Shown: positions 1 to 12,030 of the stretch, piece by piece
Numbering within the stretch: position 1 is the first letter of the stretch
Layout: each line of letters starts with the position of its first letter
NCBI RefSeq assembly: GCF_002105155.1
Contig: NW_019028980.1
Coordinates: 1,054,001 to 1,118,000, forward strand
Length of the DNA stretch: 64,000 nucleotides
Direction: 5' to 3'
Source of the DNA: Lobosporangium transversale
Taxonomy: Eukaryota
Notes under the pieces: model-generated
What the model was told of the DNA's origin: nothing
What the model saw: only the letters and a program-made list of their open reading frames with translations
Database searches by the model: none
Made by a program: the position numbers and the translations under genes

Positions 1-2166
1 TAGGCGTTCAATCTCCGGAGCAACAGCGACTCTCGACAGATCAGCCTCAGAACGAATCGCCCAATCATCACCATCATCATAGCAGTAGCAACAATAGCAG
101 TGGTAGTAATGCCAACCGTGGCAACTCAAATTCAGTTGCTAGCGTATTTACGCCAGGAAGATGTGTACCTGTCCTCGTGTTTGTGATCGAGCGAGTTCCT
201 GTTGTGGTACCATGGTTTGATTCTGGAGCCACTGAAAGCCAGATTGTTGAGGTAAATATATATATATGGCTCTTTGTTACTTTATTTGTATACGAATCTA
301 ACAGCACGCTTCTCTCTTTTCTTATGATATTACTATAGCAATTAAGACAACACGTACTCAAAAAATCAGTCGACGCATTGCAGACAAGATTAAGATACGT
401 CTTCAGAGCATGCAAATTGATCCAGAGTCTCGACGCTCCGGCTGGAGTATTTGACGCGTGAGTGAGGGATCCCTAAGAGAAGGAAACAGAAGGAGTGATG
501 ATGACTATTACTGCTACCGCTATCGTTATTATTGCTAAGTCTTTTTTTTTTTTTTTTTTTTTTTTTTCGCACCAGTCGACAGCTTTTTGTGCTACCAGGC
601 CCATCATCCACGCCATTTGTTCATGTCATCCCATACTTTACAGGACAACTAAATCTACTACAAACGGACTACGCACTATCATCACCAGCAACAACATTGA
701 CAACTTCCATGCACAGTAGCAACGACGTGAATGGTGGAGATGCTGTACTAGATCCGGCGGAAGAAGTGCTGTTAAGGCAAAAGATTAAGTCTGCACCAAA
801 CAAGAAACATGGAGGAGGAGGAAGTCAAGGTTCAAAAGGCCAATTTTCAAGGAATAGTCAACGGGAGAAGACAGCGCATGTAGGAGCGACTTTGCTATCG
901 TCACAAGCAACCATTGATAAAAAGACGCAGTTCAACAATACCTTTAACTTGTTTGGTATACCAGCACTACGAGATGTTTATGATGCAGCAGTGCATATAA
1001 GAGATAACTCACTTGCTGCAGGAACTAGTCGAGAAGATACCGCCGTCGTTACTTCAACAACACCGAGTGTGTCACTAGGTTCATTATATTTGGATTATTC
1101 AGAACCGTTGTTGAAGCAATTCGTGTATGGATGGCTCAAGAACCTTTCCACAACTGGTGGATATGGCAACGCTGTCGGAAAGCGAAACGTTGGAAATGTC
1201 GATGTATGTTTTGTTTTTTTTATGATGTTACTGTTGTGGTTATTGATTTCACAATGTTAAAAAAAAAGTCTTGGCGTTTCTCCAGTTTTTCCTGTTACCA
1301 ATGACCAATGAGAAGATATCTAGCTAAGACAGGCCTTGCATATGCTAACTTTCTCCCCATTTGCTCTCCTTCTCCCTTTTTTCCTTACAGTTACCCACAT
1401 TGAAACAGTGGCTGGCAGGGAGCTTAGGCGTTTGTGAAGCGCTTGGTATGGGCTCCTTTGCATCGCCTATCATCATGCGGGACCAGACCGATATGACGGG
1501 ATCGACAGATGATACTGATTCTGGCGTTGTTGATCAAAGTCAAGCATCGGGAGAAGACCAACCATTGAATACCAAATTGTCAAAGTCAAGCGCTAACTTA
1601 GGTTCAGGAGGAGGACGACGTTCTGGCGGTAAAAGATACTCGCAGCGATGTGTCAACATGGTACAAAAGAAAATCCAGGATTATGTTCTTACGGATGAGG
1701 TGATGGAAGAACTGTAAGTCATGGATTAAGTTTTCTTTTTTTTTTTTTTTTTATTATTATTTATTTTTTTTAACATTTTGGGAAAATCACTTTATGAAGG
1801 TATGGTTCAAAGATAGATGGGATAGCAACAACATCATCAGCTTCCACATCGACTAGAGCTCATTCCGAGAGGTACCATCAACTGAAGGTAAGGGAAATAC
1901 ACGTTACGCAATGTAACACATGCTCCGACTCAGAAGTTGCGGGAACTAAGCCCTGATTATCAAGACATGACATGAGAGGAGACGAATAAAAAAAATACCT
2001 CACTTCTGACAGCTGTCAACCGGAGGGGTACACACATGTTTTTTTGCGAAGCAATCATTTTTTTCTTTCAAACTGAATGTTATGATATAACAAACATTCA
2101 AACCTTGTAATATTCTAGGCTGACCAAGCAACCAAGCTATTCCAGTCCTTGGCACATCGACGATGA
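1..2166 (+). CDS. SMG8: SMG8-like nonsense-mediated decay factor (5' partial; exons <1-251, 339-457, 576-1203, 1391-1713, 1800-1887, 2119-2166)
   Basis: The spliced translation keeps frame across the GT-AG introns. It gives FTPGRCVPVLVFV...LQTRLRYVFRACKLI...LFVLP...FVHVIP...LKQFVYGWL...GYGNAVGKR...LPTLKQWL. These motifs are colinear with animal SMG8 as recalled (GRPCTPRLLFLF, LEDQIYRIFRKSR, LFTVP, FVYIVP, LREFLWQH, GFDDSVGR, LPTYQKW). The last exon is less certain. Confidence 0.75.
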
Positions 2167-2945
2167 AGGGGATTGGCTCATCAACAACAAGGATATTTTG
2201 ATGACTGTAAAAGAACCATAGTGTTTCCACTATTTTTTCATTTAGTCAATACACTCCATGCCTCTTTTGCTACTAAGGAACTTGGATGGATCTAGTTACG
2301 GTTATCCAAGATAAGATACTTCGTAGTCAAGACTGGAGGATGAAAGCAAGGCAAAAAAAAAAAAAGTTTCCGAGCCAAGAGAATTATTAAGAAGAGCGTT
2401 GACAATCGCAGCACAGGATGACGTTGGTATTGGTATTATGTTTCTGTTATGTGCCGCGCAAGCATCTTATCTTTTATCATGACTGACATGCCAAGCGGGA
2501 TTTGACTGGTTTTTTGTCAAGGTGAAAATTTTAATAAAAAAAATCGAAATATTCACCAGCCAATCATTTCTGCGAATAACAAATCGATCCCAAAAAGGAA
2601 AATCACGGGCCATTTGGATGCTTGGCATCGCAGTGCCAAGAAACGATGAATATAAAAAGGTTCCTCTCAACCTTTAGACCAACTTCACTTCTTCCCCCCG
2701 CTTTCTTTTATTCTTTGTCTCTTTTCTCTTTTCTCTCTTCTCTTTTCTCTCTTCCCTCTCGTTTCAAATTAAAAACGCACGCACCACCATCTTCTCCACA
2801 CAAACACAACCCTCTTACAACGTCATCTTTCCCATATTTTCACCCCTATTCACACAGCCACTTCAGCTACATTTCACACCGAGGATAAAACATTACACCC
2901 CTGCACAGTGCAAACAAAAAAAAAAATCTCATCCAACATACAGCC

Positions 2946-5900
2946 ATGTCTGACTCCTCTAATCTTAGCTCCTGCAAGGTCAACTTCAACGGTGCATTTC
3001 GCCGATTCCTCATTTCCCGTCCTGCCAAATGGTCCAACTTTGAAGACAAGGTATGATATTGTTTCTTTAATATTATGCATGTGATGAATTATTTTTTACT
3101 CTTCTTCCTTTGTGTTACTTCAACTATAATCAATGTCAGGCTAAAATGAATATGCATCTCAAATGTCTTGTACTAACGCATTGACTAAAAAAACTTCTCC
3201 TCACATGCTCCCTTATGACATTAGCTTCGCGATATCTACAGTCTTCCTGCAGAGACACTGCTAAATGTTCAGTACACAGACGAGGAAGGAGATATTATTT
3301 TGCTCAACACCGACAGCGAGCTTGAGGACGTGCTTGCGATGCATAACCTCTTCAGCCAAGTGGCTCCTGTTAGATTTGATATCTCTCTTCGCCCCAGCAC
3401 CTTTGCTTCGACTACCCGTGCTAGCTCGGTCGCTAGTGAGGTAGAGCCCGAACGCTCCGTCACCATCGTTTCTGAACGTGAGGACACTCCTTTTCAGCAG
3501 CAACGTCAATTCAACCACCCCCAGGAAAACAACGCTCTCGCTGCTTCTGATAACGCTAGTGATGATGGTTCTCTGATTAACTTTGAGGACGCTCTCGAAG
3601 ACGACGCTACTACTGCTGCCGTTAGCGTCCACCACGCTGCAGTCACCGTCGTCAATCACGATACTAACTACCTTAACGAGGACTTGGAGGCGACAGCTCT
3701 TCGTCAGGAGCAAGAGATGGCTGAGGCACTTAAACTGGATGTCCCTGTCTTTTCTAGCTCGATCATCAGCAGCATCAACACCAACATCACTCCTGCTACT
3801 TTGAGCCATGACCATGTTAGTGAGAATGACATGGGTGCTGAGGTCACTGTCTCCAAGCATTCTTCTAAGCCCTCTAGTCCAGTCATCCCCGTGGTCGAAT
3901 TTGAAGCTCTTCATATGGAGAATGGCCCGGAAGTAATGGACTCAATCATTGCCTCTGCTATAGAACAACACGCCCAGGATATGGCTAATTCAACCCAGAG
4001 CAATAGCGAAGCCCATGAGGCAACACAGATTGACCCAGCTGAGCCAGAGGTATTGGCTACTGAAGAAGAGCCTAGACCCGCCAACACATCATCTCCTTCG
4101 ACTTCGGCTCCATTAAATGACCGTGCTTTGATTGAGCAATTCCAAATGTTGATTCAAGAGTTCCAGCATGTCATCCAGAACAATCCCCAGTTAGTGGCAC
4201 TTGCTGGGAACATTATGAACAAGATTTTGACTAACGTTAAGGTCAATGTTGAATCATTTGCCAACTGTCTTCAAGATTTCGCCAACCAAGCTTCTGCCAA
4301 CGCTCATGAGGCTGCTGAGCAAGCGACTCGCAGCTGCCCCTTCACCTCTGGCGGAAGTGGAAGTGATAATCCTTTCCGAACGCACCCTTTCTTCACCGGT
4401 CGCCATAGGGGTCGTCGCTGTGGCATAGGAATGGGTTCCAGACCCCACTGTGATCGCAATAGTGACAATAACAATGAAAATACATCTTCTGCTGCTGCGA
4501 ACAAGGAGACTGAAGCTAAAGCTGAGACTTCTTCTTCCGCGAATCCCTTTGAAGACCCAATCACAGGAACACCTAATTCAGATCACTATCACCATCACTA
4601 CCCTCACCATGGCGAGCACTTTGGCCGAGGCGGTGGCCGCGGTAGTCGTGGCGGTTGCAGAGGCCGTCGTGGATTCTTTTTCCGCGGCGGAGACTGGGGT
4701 TTCGGGAACACAGCTCTAAGCATGCCTCCAGCGCCTCCAATGCCCCCAATGCCCCCAATGCCCCCAATGCCCCCTATGCCTCCAATGCATTCAATGCCTG
4801 GTATGTTTTCAGTACCCTCAATGCCATCCATGCCATCCATGCCAACCGCAGGCGCTTCTGATGAACCACATAATGCAAGCACCACCGTCCCGAACTCGAG
4901 GCCTTCTCCCTTTTCCAATGGGTTTCCATTCAACAATGGCAATCCTGGTTGCAAAAATTACATTTTCAAGTTCAAGGGCGGACGACCCAATCCAAGTGAT
5001 ACAGAGGCACAAAACAGCAACGCCTCGTGCTCTACTGCACCTAGATCTGAAAAGATGAAGCAAACTGAGGCCCCAGCCACTGCTGAGCAGCAACAGCCAA
5101 GCGGGGCCTCTTCCTCCGCTTCCGCGTCTGCCATGCCAGGCTCTTTCCCACAAATGACTGAGGTCGGTAGTGGCTGGACTTGGACAAGACTTTCGGAGGG
5201 TGACCATAACAATGGAGAGTCATCTTCGTCTAGTAGACCCAAGTATGGATGGGTCTGGAAGGGAGGCGACTCGGGTGAGAATCAAGAACCCACACCAATG
5301 TATGTTGCCTCAGATGAAGAAATGACTGAGACATGGGATGCAGACGCCGATGCCAACCAAGCAGATGGACCCTCTGAAGAGCGCGGAGGTTGGCCATTTG
5401 GAGGACGAGGAGGACAAGGAGGACGAGGACGAGGATTTTTTGGTTTTGGACCTTTCCGAAGCCATGACCGTGAAGGAGCGCTACCTCACATTCATCTAGG
5501 GCCCCAAGGTGCTGGTGACGATGAGCACCCTGTATCCCATCGCCATCATCCCCATCACCATCATTCTCATCGTCGCCGACATTCTGGAAGTAGATCTGGA
5601 GGAGAGGAGGGCGCAGAATCGAACGGAGAGGAGAGATTGAAGCGTCGTCAGACGTTCCATGAGCAACGCCATGCAATGATGCAAGCACGCAGAGATCACC
5701 TTCAAGAGCAGCGTCAAGCGATTTCTCAACAGCGTGAGGCATTAGAGCAACACCGGGAAGCAATGATGAGGCACCGTCGTGCACAAGAGGAGCTCCGAAG
5801 TGCACAAGAAGAGTTGAAAAAAACTCAGGAACAGGATAGCAGAGCTGCCAGACTGGGAGGAATTCTGGATCGTTCTCGAAACGGCGGAGGCTCCTCATCA

Positions 5901-6188
5901 GTGGACGCGCAACAGCAACAACCAATGGGTGGAGGAAATCTAGCTAGTATTTGGCCTATAGGGGCGCAAACTACTACAGCCACAACGGTTGGAGAATCTC
6001 CCGCTATGTCAGAGGGGTTGAATAATGATGTTACGATGGCGGACCCCCAGAATAATTTTCAAGAGCAGATCCAGACTTTAGTTAGCATGGGTTTTGCAGA
6101 TAATCAGGAGTTACGAACTGTGGTGCGTAACTTTGGAGGCGAGATCGAAGTCGTAGTTGACTATTTGATCACACACAATAGCCAATAA
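2946..6188 (+). CDS. PB1 + UBA domain protein, p62/SQSTM1/NBR1-like autophagy receptor candidate (exons 2946-3050, 3225-6188; ~1022 aa)
   Basis: The N-terminus has PB1 hallmarks (KVNFNGAFRRF; acidic OPCA-like YTDEEGDIILLNTDSELED). The C-terminus is UBA-like (FQEQIQTLVSMGF...GGEIEVVVDYL). One GT-AG intron lies at 3051-3224. Confidence 0.8.
4725..4845 (+). repeat. Coding 9-bp tandem repeat (CCAATGCCC-like) encoding (PPM)n then (PSM)n
   Basis: Read directly: ccaatgcccccaatgcccccaatgccccca... Confidence 0.9.
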
Positions 6189-6988
6189 GGAACCTTTCAT
6201 GTTAATGATTTATGAACAATGAGCAGTATACGGTAGCTTTTTTTTTGAAATACTTCTTCAGACAATCATCATTTCATCATTAGCGTTAAATAGCAACATT
6301 CCAATAAATAAAAAGGAAATTTGAAAATGCATTGATGTGTAAGCGATTCGACAGGTTTCACAAAAATTCCCACGAGCGTGCGTCAGGAAGTTAAAAAATT
6401 TCGATGTGATTGACAAAGATTGTATATATATATAAAAATAAATATATTCGTACATGGATGTACCCATGAAGAGCAATTGAACAAATGGCAGACAATGCAC
6501 TACAAACACCACAAATTGCAAAAAATAAAATAAAAAAAGGTTCCGTGTTCTGCCCTATATTTTATCCTGCACTTTCCGAATCAATTGAGGAACTGAGGAA
6601 TTGATCGGAGAAGGGTTGACACGACCTTCAGACAAAGTGAGTGACTAACTTTCGTTTCTGTCATCATCCATACACTGCGTTACGCCTCTTCTCACTCACA
6701 TGTTATATTGTAGAAACATATCGTCCTTTTTTTTTTTTTTTTTTTTTTTTTTCATGCAAACCTGGGCTTGGGCTCATGTTGCGTTGTACGATAAGGGACA
6801 TTTCTAGCGCCACCCCTCTCTCCCTATTCCAAGGGTTGGATAAAGGTGGATATGCGGCGTCTGTTTATGTATATATATCAAATATTGGTAACTTTTTTTT
6901 TTTTTTTTTTTTTCCTCATTCTTTTTCATTCTTCATTTGCATTACCTTCCACTCTTATTTATTTCACCCCCTCAAAAAAATTTAAAGA

Positions 6989-8149
6989 ATGTCCAATAGC
7001 ACGGCTGCAAGAGCCGAGATCAAGTCCAAGGACGGACGTCATTTCGTCTTTGATCGATGCACTCATCAACAGGCCGTCGATACCTTTTATGGATGGTCCC
7101 GTCAAGAACAATGGAACCCCGGTGCCAAGGGTGAGGAGATCAGGCATGTCTTTTACCGTGCAGATCCTCAAGGATTCTTCTTTGGGAAGCTCACGTCGAA
7201 ACCAAGACCAAAAAGAGACTCGGATTCTTCATCTGATTCTTCATCCGACTCCGACTCTCAGAACACCGATCCATCATCTCATTCTTCCTCGGTAGCTGAC
7301 GACAATGATGGTGATGATGAGATCGTCTCGATTGTGAGCTCTGTCCGTTATGGAGACGATCAAGCTTGGATTGGGTACTATATTGTCTCACCTAAATACC
7401 GTGGCCAAGGATTAGGACTCGAAGGATTCCATAAAGCTCTTGAGCATGCAGGTCATGGATCGCATGTAGGGCTCGACGGTGTGATGGCTCAAGTGGAAAA
7501 TTACAAGAAGTCAGGATTTATCCACATTAGTTGGCAGAATGAACGTCGTCAAGGATTCGCCAAGGACTTGACTGAGAATCATGAACGCGACTTGGCCGAT
7601 CAAATCCGTCGAAGCGAAATTCCTGGCTTAGTGGACTTGTCGGATGATCAAGTCGATTTGGAGCAACTCTGCGAGTTGGAAGAGAAATACACAGGATTGA
7701 AACGCCCGCAGTTTGTGAAGGATTGGGTCAAGTTTCATACCAATCATGCAGACAAACATCGATTTGGGGCTGCGGTTTTGTCTACGGATCAAAAGAAGGA
7801 GAATGGAAAGCCTGTTGTGTTGGGATATGCCTGTTTACGTCCTGCAGAGACTTCCTACAGACTAGGGCCCTTGTATGCTGCCAATATCGAGGCTGCGAAA
7901 CAATTGTTGGTCAAGTTGGCTGTGGAAGTGGAGTTGGCAGATGCAGATCAACAGAAATCGTCAACTCTTCCTGATAGGCCACCTTTGCTTATTGCATTAG
8001 ATATGCCCAATTCGAACCAAGAAGCTGTCAAGTTCTTTGATGGTATTGGTTGGAAAGACACATTCCCATCCTTGAGGATGTGGAGGGGCAAAAGGCCTGA
8101 GCATGATGTCAATGGTGTCTTTGCTGTTTCTACCCTTGAGATGGGATAA
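6989..8149 (+). CDS. Tandem-GNAT N-acetyltransferase (YitH/HolE-like C-terminal GNAT domain), intronless
   Basis: The ORF has WNPG...FYRADPQGFF, acetyl-CoA motif A (YIVSPKYRGQGLG), VGLDGVMAQVENYKKSGF, and C-terminal YRLGPLYA and LDMPNSN. Confidence 0.85.
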   Translation: MSNSTAARAEIKSKDGRHFVFDRCTHQQAVDTFYGWSRQEQWNPGAKGEEIRHVFYRADPQGFFFGKLTSKPRPKRDSDSSSDSSSDSDSQNTDPSSHSSSVADDNDGDDEIVSIVSSVRYGDDQAWIGYYIVSPKYRGQGLGLEGFHKALEHAGHGSHVGLDGVMAQVENYKKSGFIHISWQNERRQGFAKDLTENHERDLADQIRRSEIPGLVDLSDDQVDLEQLCELEEKYTGLKRPQFVKDWVKFHTNHADKHRFGAAVLSTDQKKENGKPVVLGYACLRPAETSYRLGPLYAANIEAAKQLLVKLAVEVELADADQQKSSTLPDRPPLLIALDMPNSNQEAVKFFDGIGWKDTFPSLRMWRGKRPEHDVNGVFAVSTLEMG

Positions 8150-8378
8150 ATCCAGCTTTTATTTTTCAGTAGAATGGAATGTTTGAAATCAAAATAAATA
8201 AATAAAATGATGAATTATATACAAACAGCATAAGAGGGGTGATTCTGCTCGTCTAGTCAAATTGGATGTTCTCTTCATTAGTTTTTTTTTTTTTTTTTTT
8301 TTTGTTTTATTCTTATTGATCCTGTCTTTATTTCTTGAGATGGATACATGCTCTCTCTCCTTCTTCTCGCAGGAACGT

Positions 8379-9216
8379 TTATTCATTCTTCTCGATGCCA
8401 TAAATCTTGTTGTCAGCCATTGTCAGTGCCCATGTAGATTCTTCTGTTAGCACTAAAAAGTGAAAGAGGAATACAACGGATGAGTCTATTTTTTTTTTTT
8501 GCGACCTTGTCTAGGTTGTTTAGGTTTTTTTCCTTTCTTTTTTTTACCTGTAACCTTCCGCACACTGTTATCATCTGTTTCTGCCGACACTGACAATAGT
8601 CCAGAGTTTCCCTGAGAATACCGCGATACAAGTTGTCCAACATCCTGCATGATCTTTTGAATTACTGTTGCTTGATCTTGACTGATAGGGCCTTTTGCCT
8701 ATGCAGCCCAGTAAAAAGGTAAAAAAAAAAAAAAAGTTGTGGAGAAGTTGAATAAATAAGAGAGCACAAAAAAAAGAGGACGCGTTACAACGTCAAAGGT
8801 CAATAAGTAGCATGTGAGCCAATCGAATGCATGTATTCCAGAATGCATAAGTGCAATGCACTTTCACGCAATGCAAAGTGATGAATTACATTCAAGAGTT
8901 GTCCTGAGGCCAGATCAGCAGAGAATGAAGCAACATGACCAGGGATAGTGGCCAATTCCTCAAAGACTGGATCCGGTGGTGATGTTGTCTAAGCAAAAAT
9001 GAGATATGGAAAATAATATTGGTCAGTAGAATTGTAAAAAAAAAAAAAAAAAAAAAACGAAAAGTCATGAATATAGCCAGATCGAGTTTATGAAAAAAAA
9101 GAATTGAAAGTACGCAGGTTGAGAAGCAATTGAAATGCTAAATGTTGACATGTATTTTCTTGTTGCTTTGTTTGAAGTAGTTCAGAGAAGAGTGTGCATG
9201 AGAATGAGCGTACCAT
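8379..9216 (-). CDS. LAMTOR4: LAMTOR4-like Ragulator roadblock subunit (exons 9216-9214, 8988-8890, 8698-8548, 8452-8379; 108 aa)
   Basis: Three canonical introns give an open 327-nt frame: MTTSPPDPVFEELATIPGHVASFSADLASGQLLNAKGPISQDQATVIQKIMQDVGQL...VRKVTVLTEESTWALTMADNKIYGIEKNE. This matches the LAMTOR4 pattern (LERIPDQLGYLV...SGDL...FKRLSVVF...TVSGQRVFVVKR). Confidence 0.7.
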
Positions 9217-9964
9217 TATAAATGTAAAAGGAAAAAGCGACGTGTGAAGTGATGTGTGAGTGTGTGAATAAAGAGAAAAAAAGGTTAAATGACTTACAAT
9301 GAATTGATTCTTTGTCAAACAAGAAAGTGGCAAACAGCTCTAGGAAAAAAAAAAAAACGAATTTGTGACTGAAATCGGTGTCACGTTTGTTCAAGCGCGT
9401 GTTTCTGCCTTTCTTTCGGTCGCACCAAGGGAAGATCCTTCCAAACTATAGACTGTCAAGCACCATTTTGTTTTACTACTTTCTGGGCAATTACACCATC
9501 CGAAGGATAACACAACTGACTTTACATGTGGCGATGGACATCTCCGGCCACTTGAGTATTTGTTGATGTCCAAATGTATCTGATACTCTTTTACAGTAAT
9601 ACCATACCATATGCGATAACGAAACGAAAGAACGCCTTTTTTTGACTTATTTCTTAAAAAGGACCTATGCAGCATAGCCTCCTACATCTGTCGCTCAAAA
9701 AAAAAAATAGGTTGCAGCCTTACCGCATCAAGCTCATGACGTGTGTTGTAAAGGCAAAAGGCTGAATTTTTTATTTTGTTTTTTTAAGGAGGAAGACAAT
9801 ACCAACAAAGTCAATGATCCTACCATTGTGATCTTTAGCTTTTAGATGAAAGTATTTAGTGCCCTGCCACATTAATCGCGTCGATATATAAGATGCTATT
9901 AGTTTTGCTGCCATCTTGTCTGCGAAGCTTACCTTACCTCTGCTCTTTTTTTAAATCCTTGGCA

Positions 9965-10360
9965 ATGAAAGCTAGTATCCCCGTTGCACTCGCTGCACTA
10001 GCAATCCTCTTCTTTCTCAAACTCGCTATCATCACATGTGTATTATGGAAGCGAAGATCAAAAGTGAATCATAACCAAGCCGGCGACGGTGGCATATCAT
10101 TACCAAATAACTATTGTCAGGCACAGATTGTGGAGCCATTTAAGCCCCTTCGGCCCCGACACCATCCTCGACCTCGACCGCAAGAGCTTGACTCAACCAC
10201 AAGCATGGACTTGCATGCAACAATAATATGTCTTACTGAAACAGAGTATCCTATGCATACATATCCGGGGCAGCCTTTCGAAGGGCCGTTGCTGCAGCCA
10301 GAGGCGACCCAGCCGTTGACCGTTGTCGTATCCAAGCCATTGCCTTCTATCCCATCCTAA
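9965..10360 (+). CDS. Small single-pass membrane protein, Pro-rich tail (copy A)
   Basis: ATG at 9965, hydrophobic helix followed by KRRSK, then a Pro-rich tail. A paralogous remnant starts at 11665. Confidence 0.55.
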   Translation: MKASIPVALAALAILFFLKLAIITCVLWKRRSKVNHNQAGDGGISLPNNYCQAQIVEPFKPLRPRHHPRPRPQELDSTTSMDLHATIICLTETEYPMHTYPGQPFEGPLLQPEATQPLTVVVSKPLPSIPS

Positions 10361-10931
10361 TCGTCAGACCTATCTATCGCGCTCGAAGTGAAGGAATATT
10401 TTGGCAAAGCTTAATATTTTAACTCTCCTTATAAGAAGCTCCATAAGAACTCCACCCTTTTTAAATATCAGTTTGTTGGCTCTGATTTGAGAACGGAGAA
10501 AGCTTTGCAATTGTCCGGCGCGACTAGACACTTTCTCTATTCGAAACGAGCTGGCCCCAAGTCGGTTCTCATTTGGAGAGTTGACTGATTCATCAACGTT
10601 GTGTGTAGCCAGATAATCAGTATAAACTTTTTTCCTGGAAATAAAAAAGAATGGATCAGTTTTGGCACCTCGCCCCATTTCCTCAACCATAATTTGCCCA
10701 TTCTCCCGTTTACTTTTATGGAATCTTCGAGTCAAGCGCTCTGATGTAGTACGTGCATTTTTAAAGCTGTCGACTTTTCCATTAATTATAAATCATATAA
10801 ATACGGCCATAATTCTCTCGGAAATCAGGCATATCTCCTACCATCCATCAAATATACATATTCCACCAACAAGTTATTCCTCAGATTTCCCCTCCCCCCT
10901 TCCTTTCTCATCTTTTATATAAACTTTGACC

Positions 10932-11402
10932 ATGGCTCGAGAGCCTCTTTCTATTGATACTGTTGTCTATTGTCTTCTCAGTGCCTTTTTAGTAGCTTCC
11001 TTTCTCTTCTGCCGCAAAATGATTGCCGATAAGCAACATAGCTTTGGGACACAACCCACAGACGTATCCCATTCTCGTCCAGACTTATGTTCTCAGTATG
11101 AACCACCCCCGTATGCTGCTCCTACAACACCTCCACTAACATCGATGTCTTATTCAGATACAGTTATCCAAATGGAGTCTTCCCCACCTCCACCATATCG
11201 ACCATCTAACGCTGAAGCACTATCGACTCAAGCTATCCCTTTAGGAGCTTCAGGTGCAAGCCCGGCGATATCTCCTTCAGCCACCATTCTGAACCCTACT
11301 ACTACTTTGCCATACCCGACTCCCGCTGGCTCAATAGCACCTATACCTGCCAGTGCCTATCCTTCCATGTCAGTTCCCCCAGCCTATAACCCATCTTCTT
11401 GA
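10932..11402 (+). CDS. Small single-pass membrane protein with PPxY motifs (copy B)
   Basis: TM helix VVYCLLSAFLVASFLFC followed by PPPY, PPPPY and PPAY. The 3' half is similar to 12617-13246. Confidence 0.65.
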   Translation: MAREPLSIDTVVYCLLSAFLVASFLFCRKMIADKQHSFGTQPTDVSHSRPDLCSQYEPPPYAAPTTPPLTSMSYSDTVIQMESSPPPPYRPSNAEALSTQAIPLGASGASPAISPSATILNPTTTLPYPTPAGSIAPIPASAYPSMSVPPAYNPSS

Positions 11403-11664
11403 AGTAGAAGTAGTTGTATATATAAAACAATATATGTTATGTAGAATACTAAAGATAATAAAAAGAGACTTTGTAACCTAATGCTACATCAAAATAACTT
11501 TTATTTGGGTGGAAATAAGCTTTTTTACGACTAAATCGATTTAGATTGGTATTTTGCCACACATAAGCGCGTCTGATATTAGATGCTTTTATCTTTGTTG
11601 CCATCCTGTCTGCAAAGCTAGTTCCTTCCTCACCCTCGCCTATGAACTTTCTAAACTCTTGATA

Positions 11665-12030
11665 ATGGAAGCTAGTATCCCTGTTGCACTTGCTGCACTA
11701 GCAATCACATTCTTTCTCAAACTCGCATTCACCACATTTGTCACACAGAGGCAATAGTTTAAAATGGATCATGGATCATATTCAAAAACGACAACGGAAA
11801 TATATCATTATCAACAACAACCATCAGTTGCAGCCCGTGGACCTACTTAATCTTTTCACTAACATCGATTTCAACCTCAACTTCAAGGGCCTGACACAAC
11901 TACAAGCACGGATATGCATCCATTTGTAATATATATTTGACATAGTCTTCTAAAGCTGTTGCTGCGCTCAAAGGCAATCCAATCGCTGACCGTAGCCATA
12001 TCCAAGTCATTGTGTCCTATCCCTATCTCG
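11665..12030 (+). pseudogene. Decayed duplicate of the copy A membrane protein gene
   Basis: It starts MEASIPVALAALAITFFLKLA and stops at 11757. DNA similarity to 9965-10360 continues to ~12025 (e.g. ...tatccaagtcattgtgtcctatccc vs ...tatccaagccattgccttctatccc) with stops and indels. Confidence 0.75.

Noticed and set aside
3075..3157. Box C (GTGATGA) with flanking ATGCAT repeats in the PB1-gene intron, a possible C/D snoRNA
   Set aside because: Only ATGA, not CTGA, at the box D position, and no rRNA-complementary guide recognised.
3261..5925. Several long antisense or alternate-frame ORFs over the PB1-UBA gene (likewise over other long genes)
   Set aside because: Shadow ORFs caused by codon bias and low-complexity repeats of the real gene.
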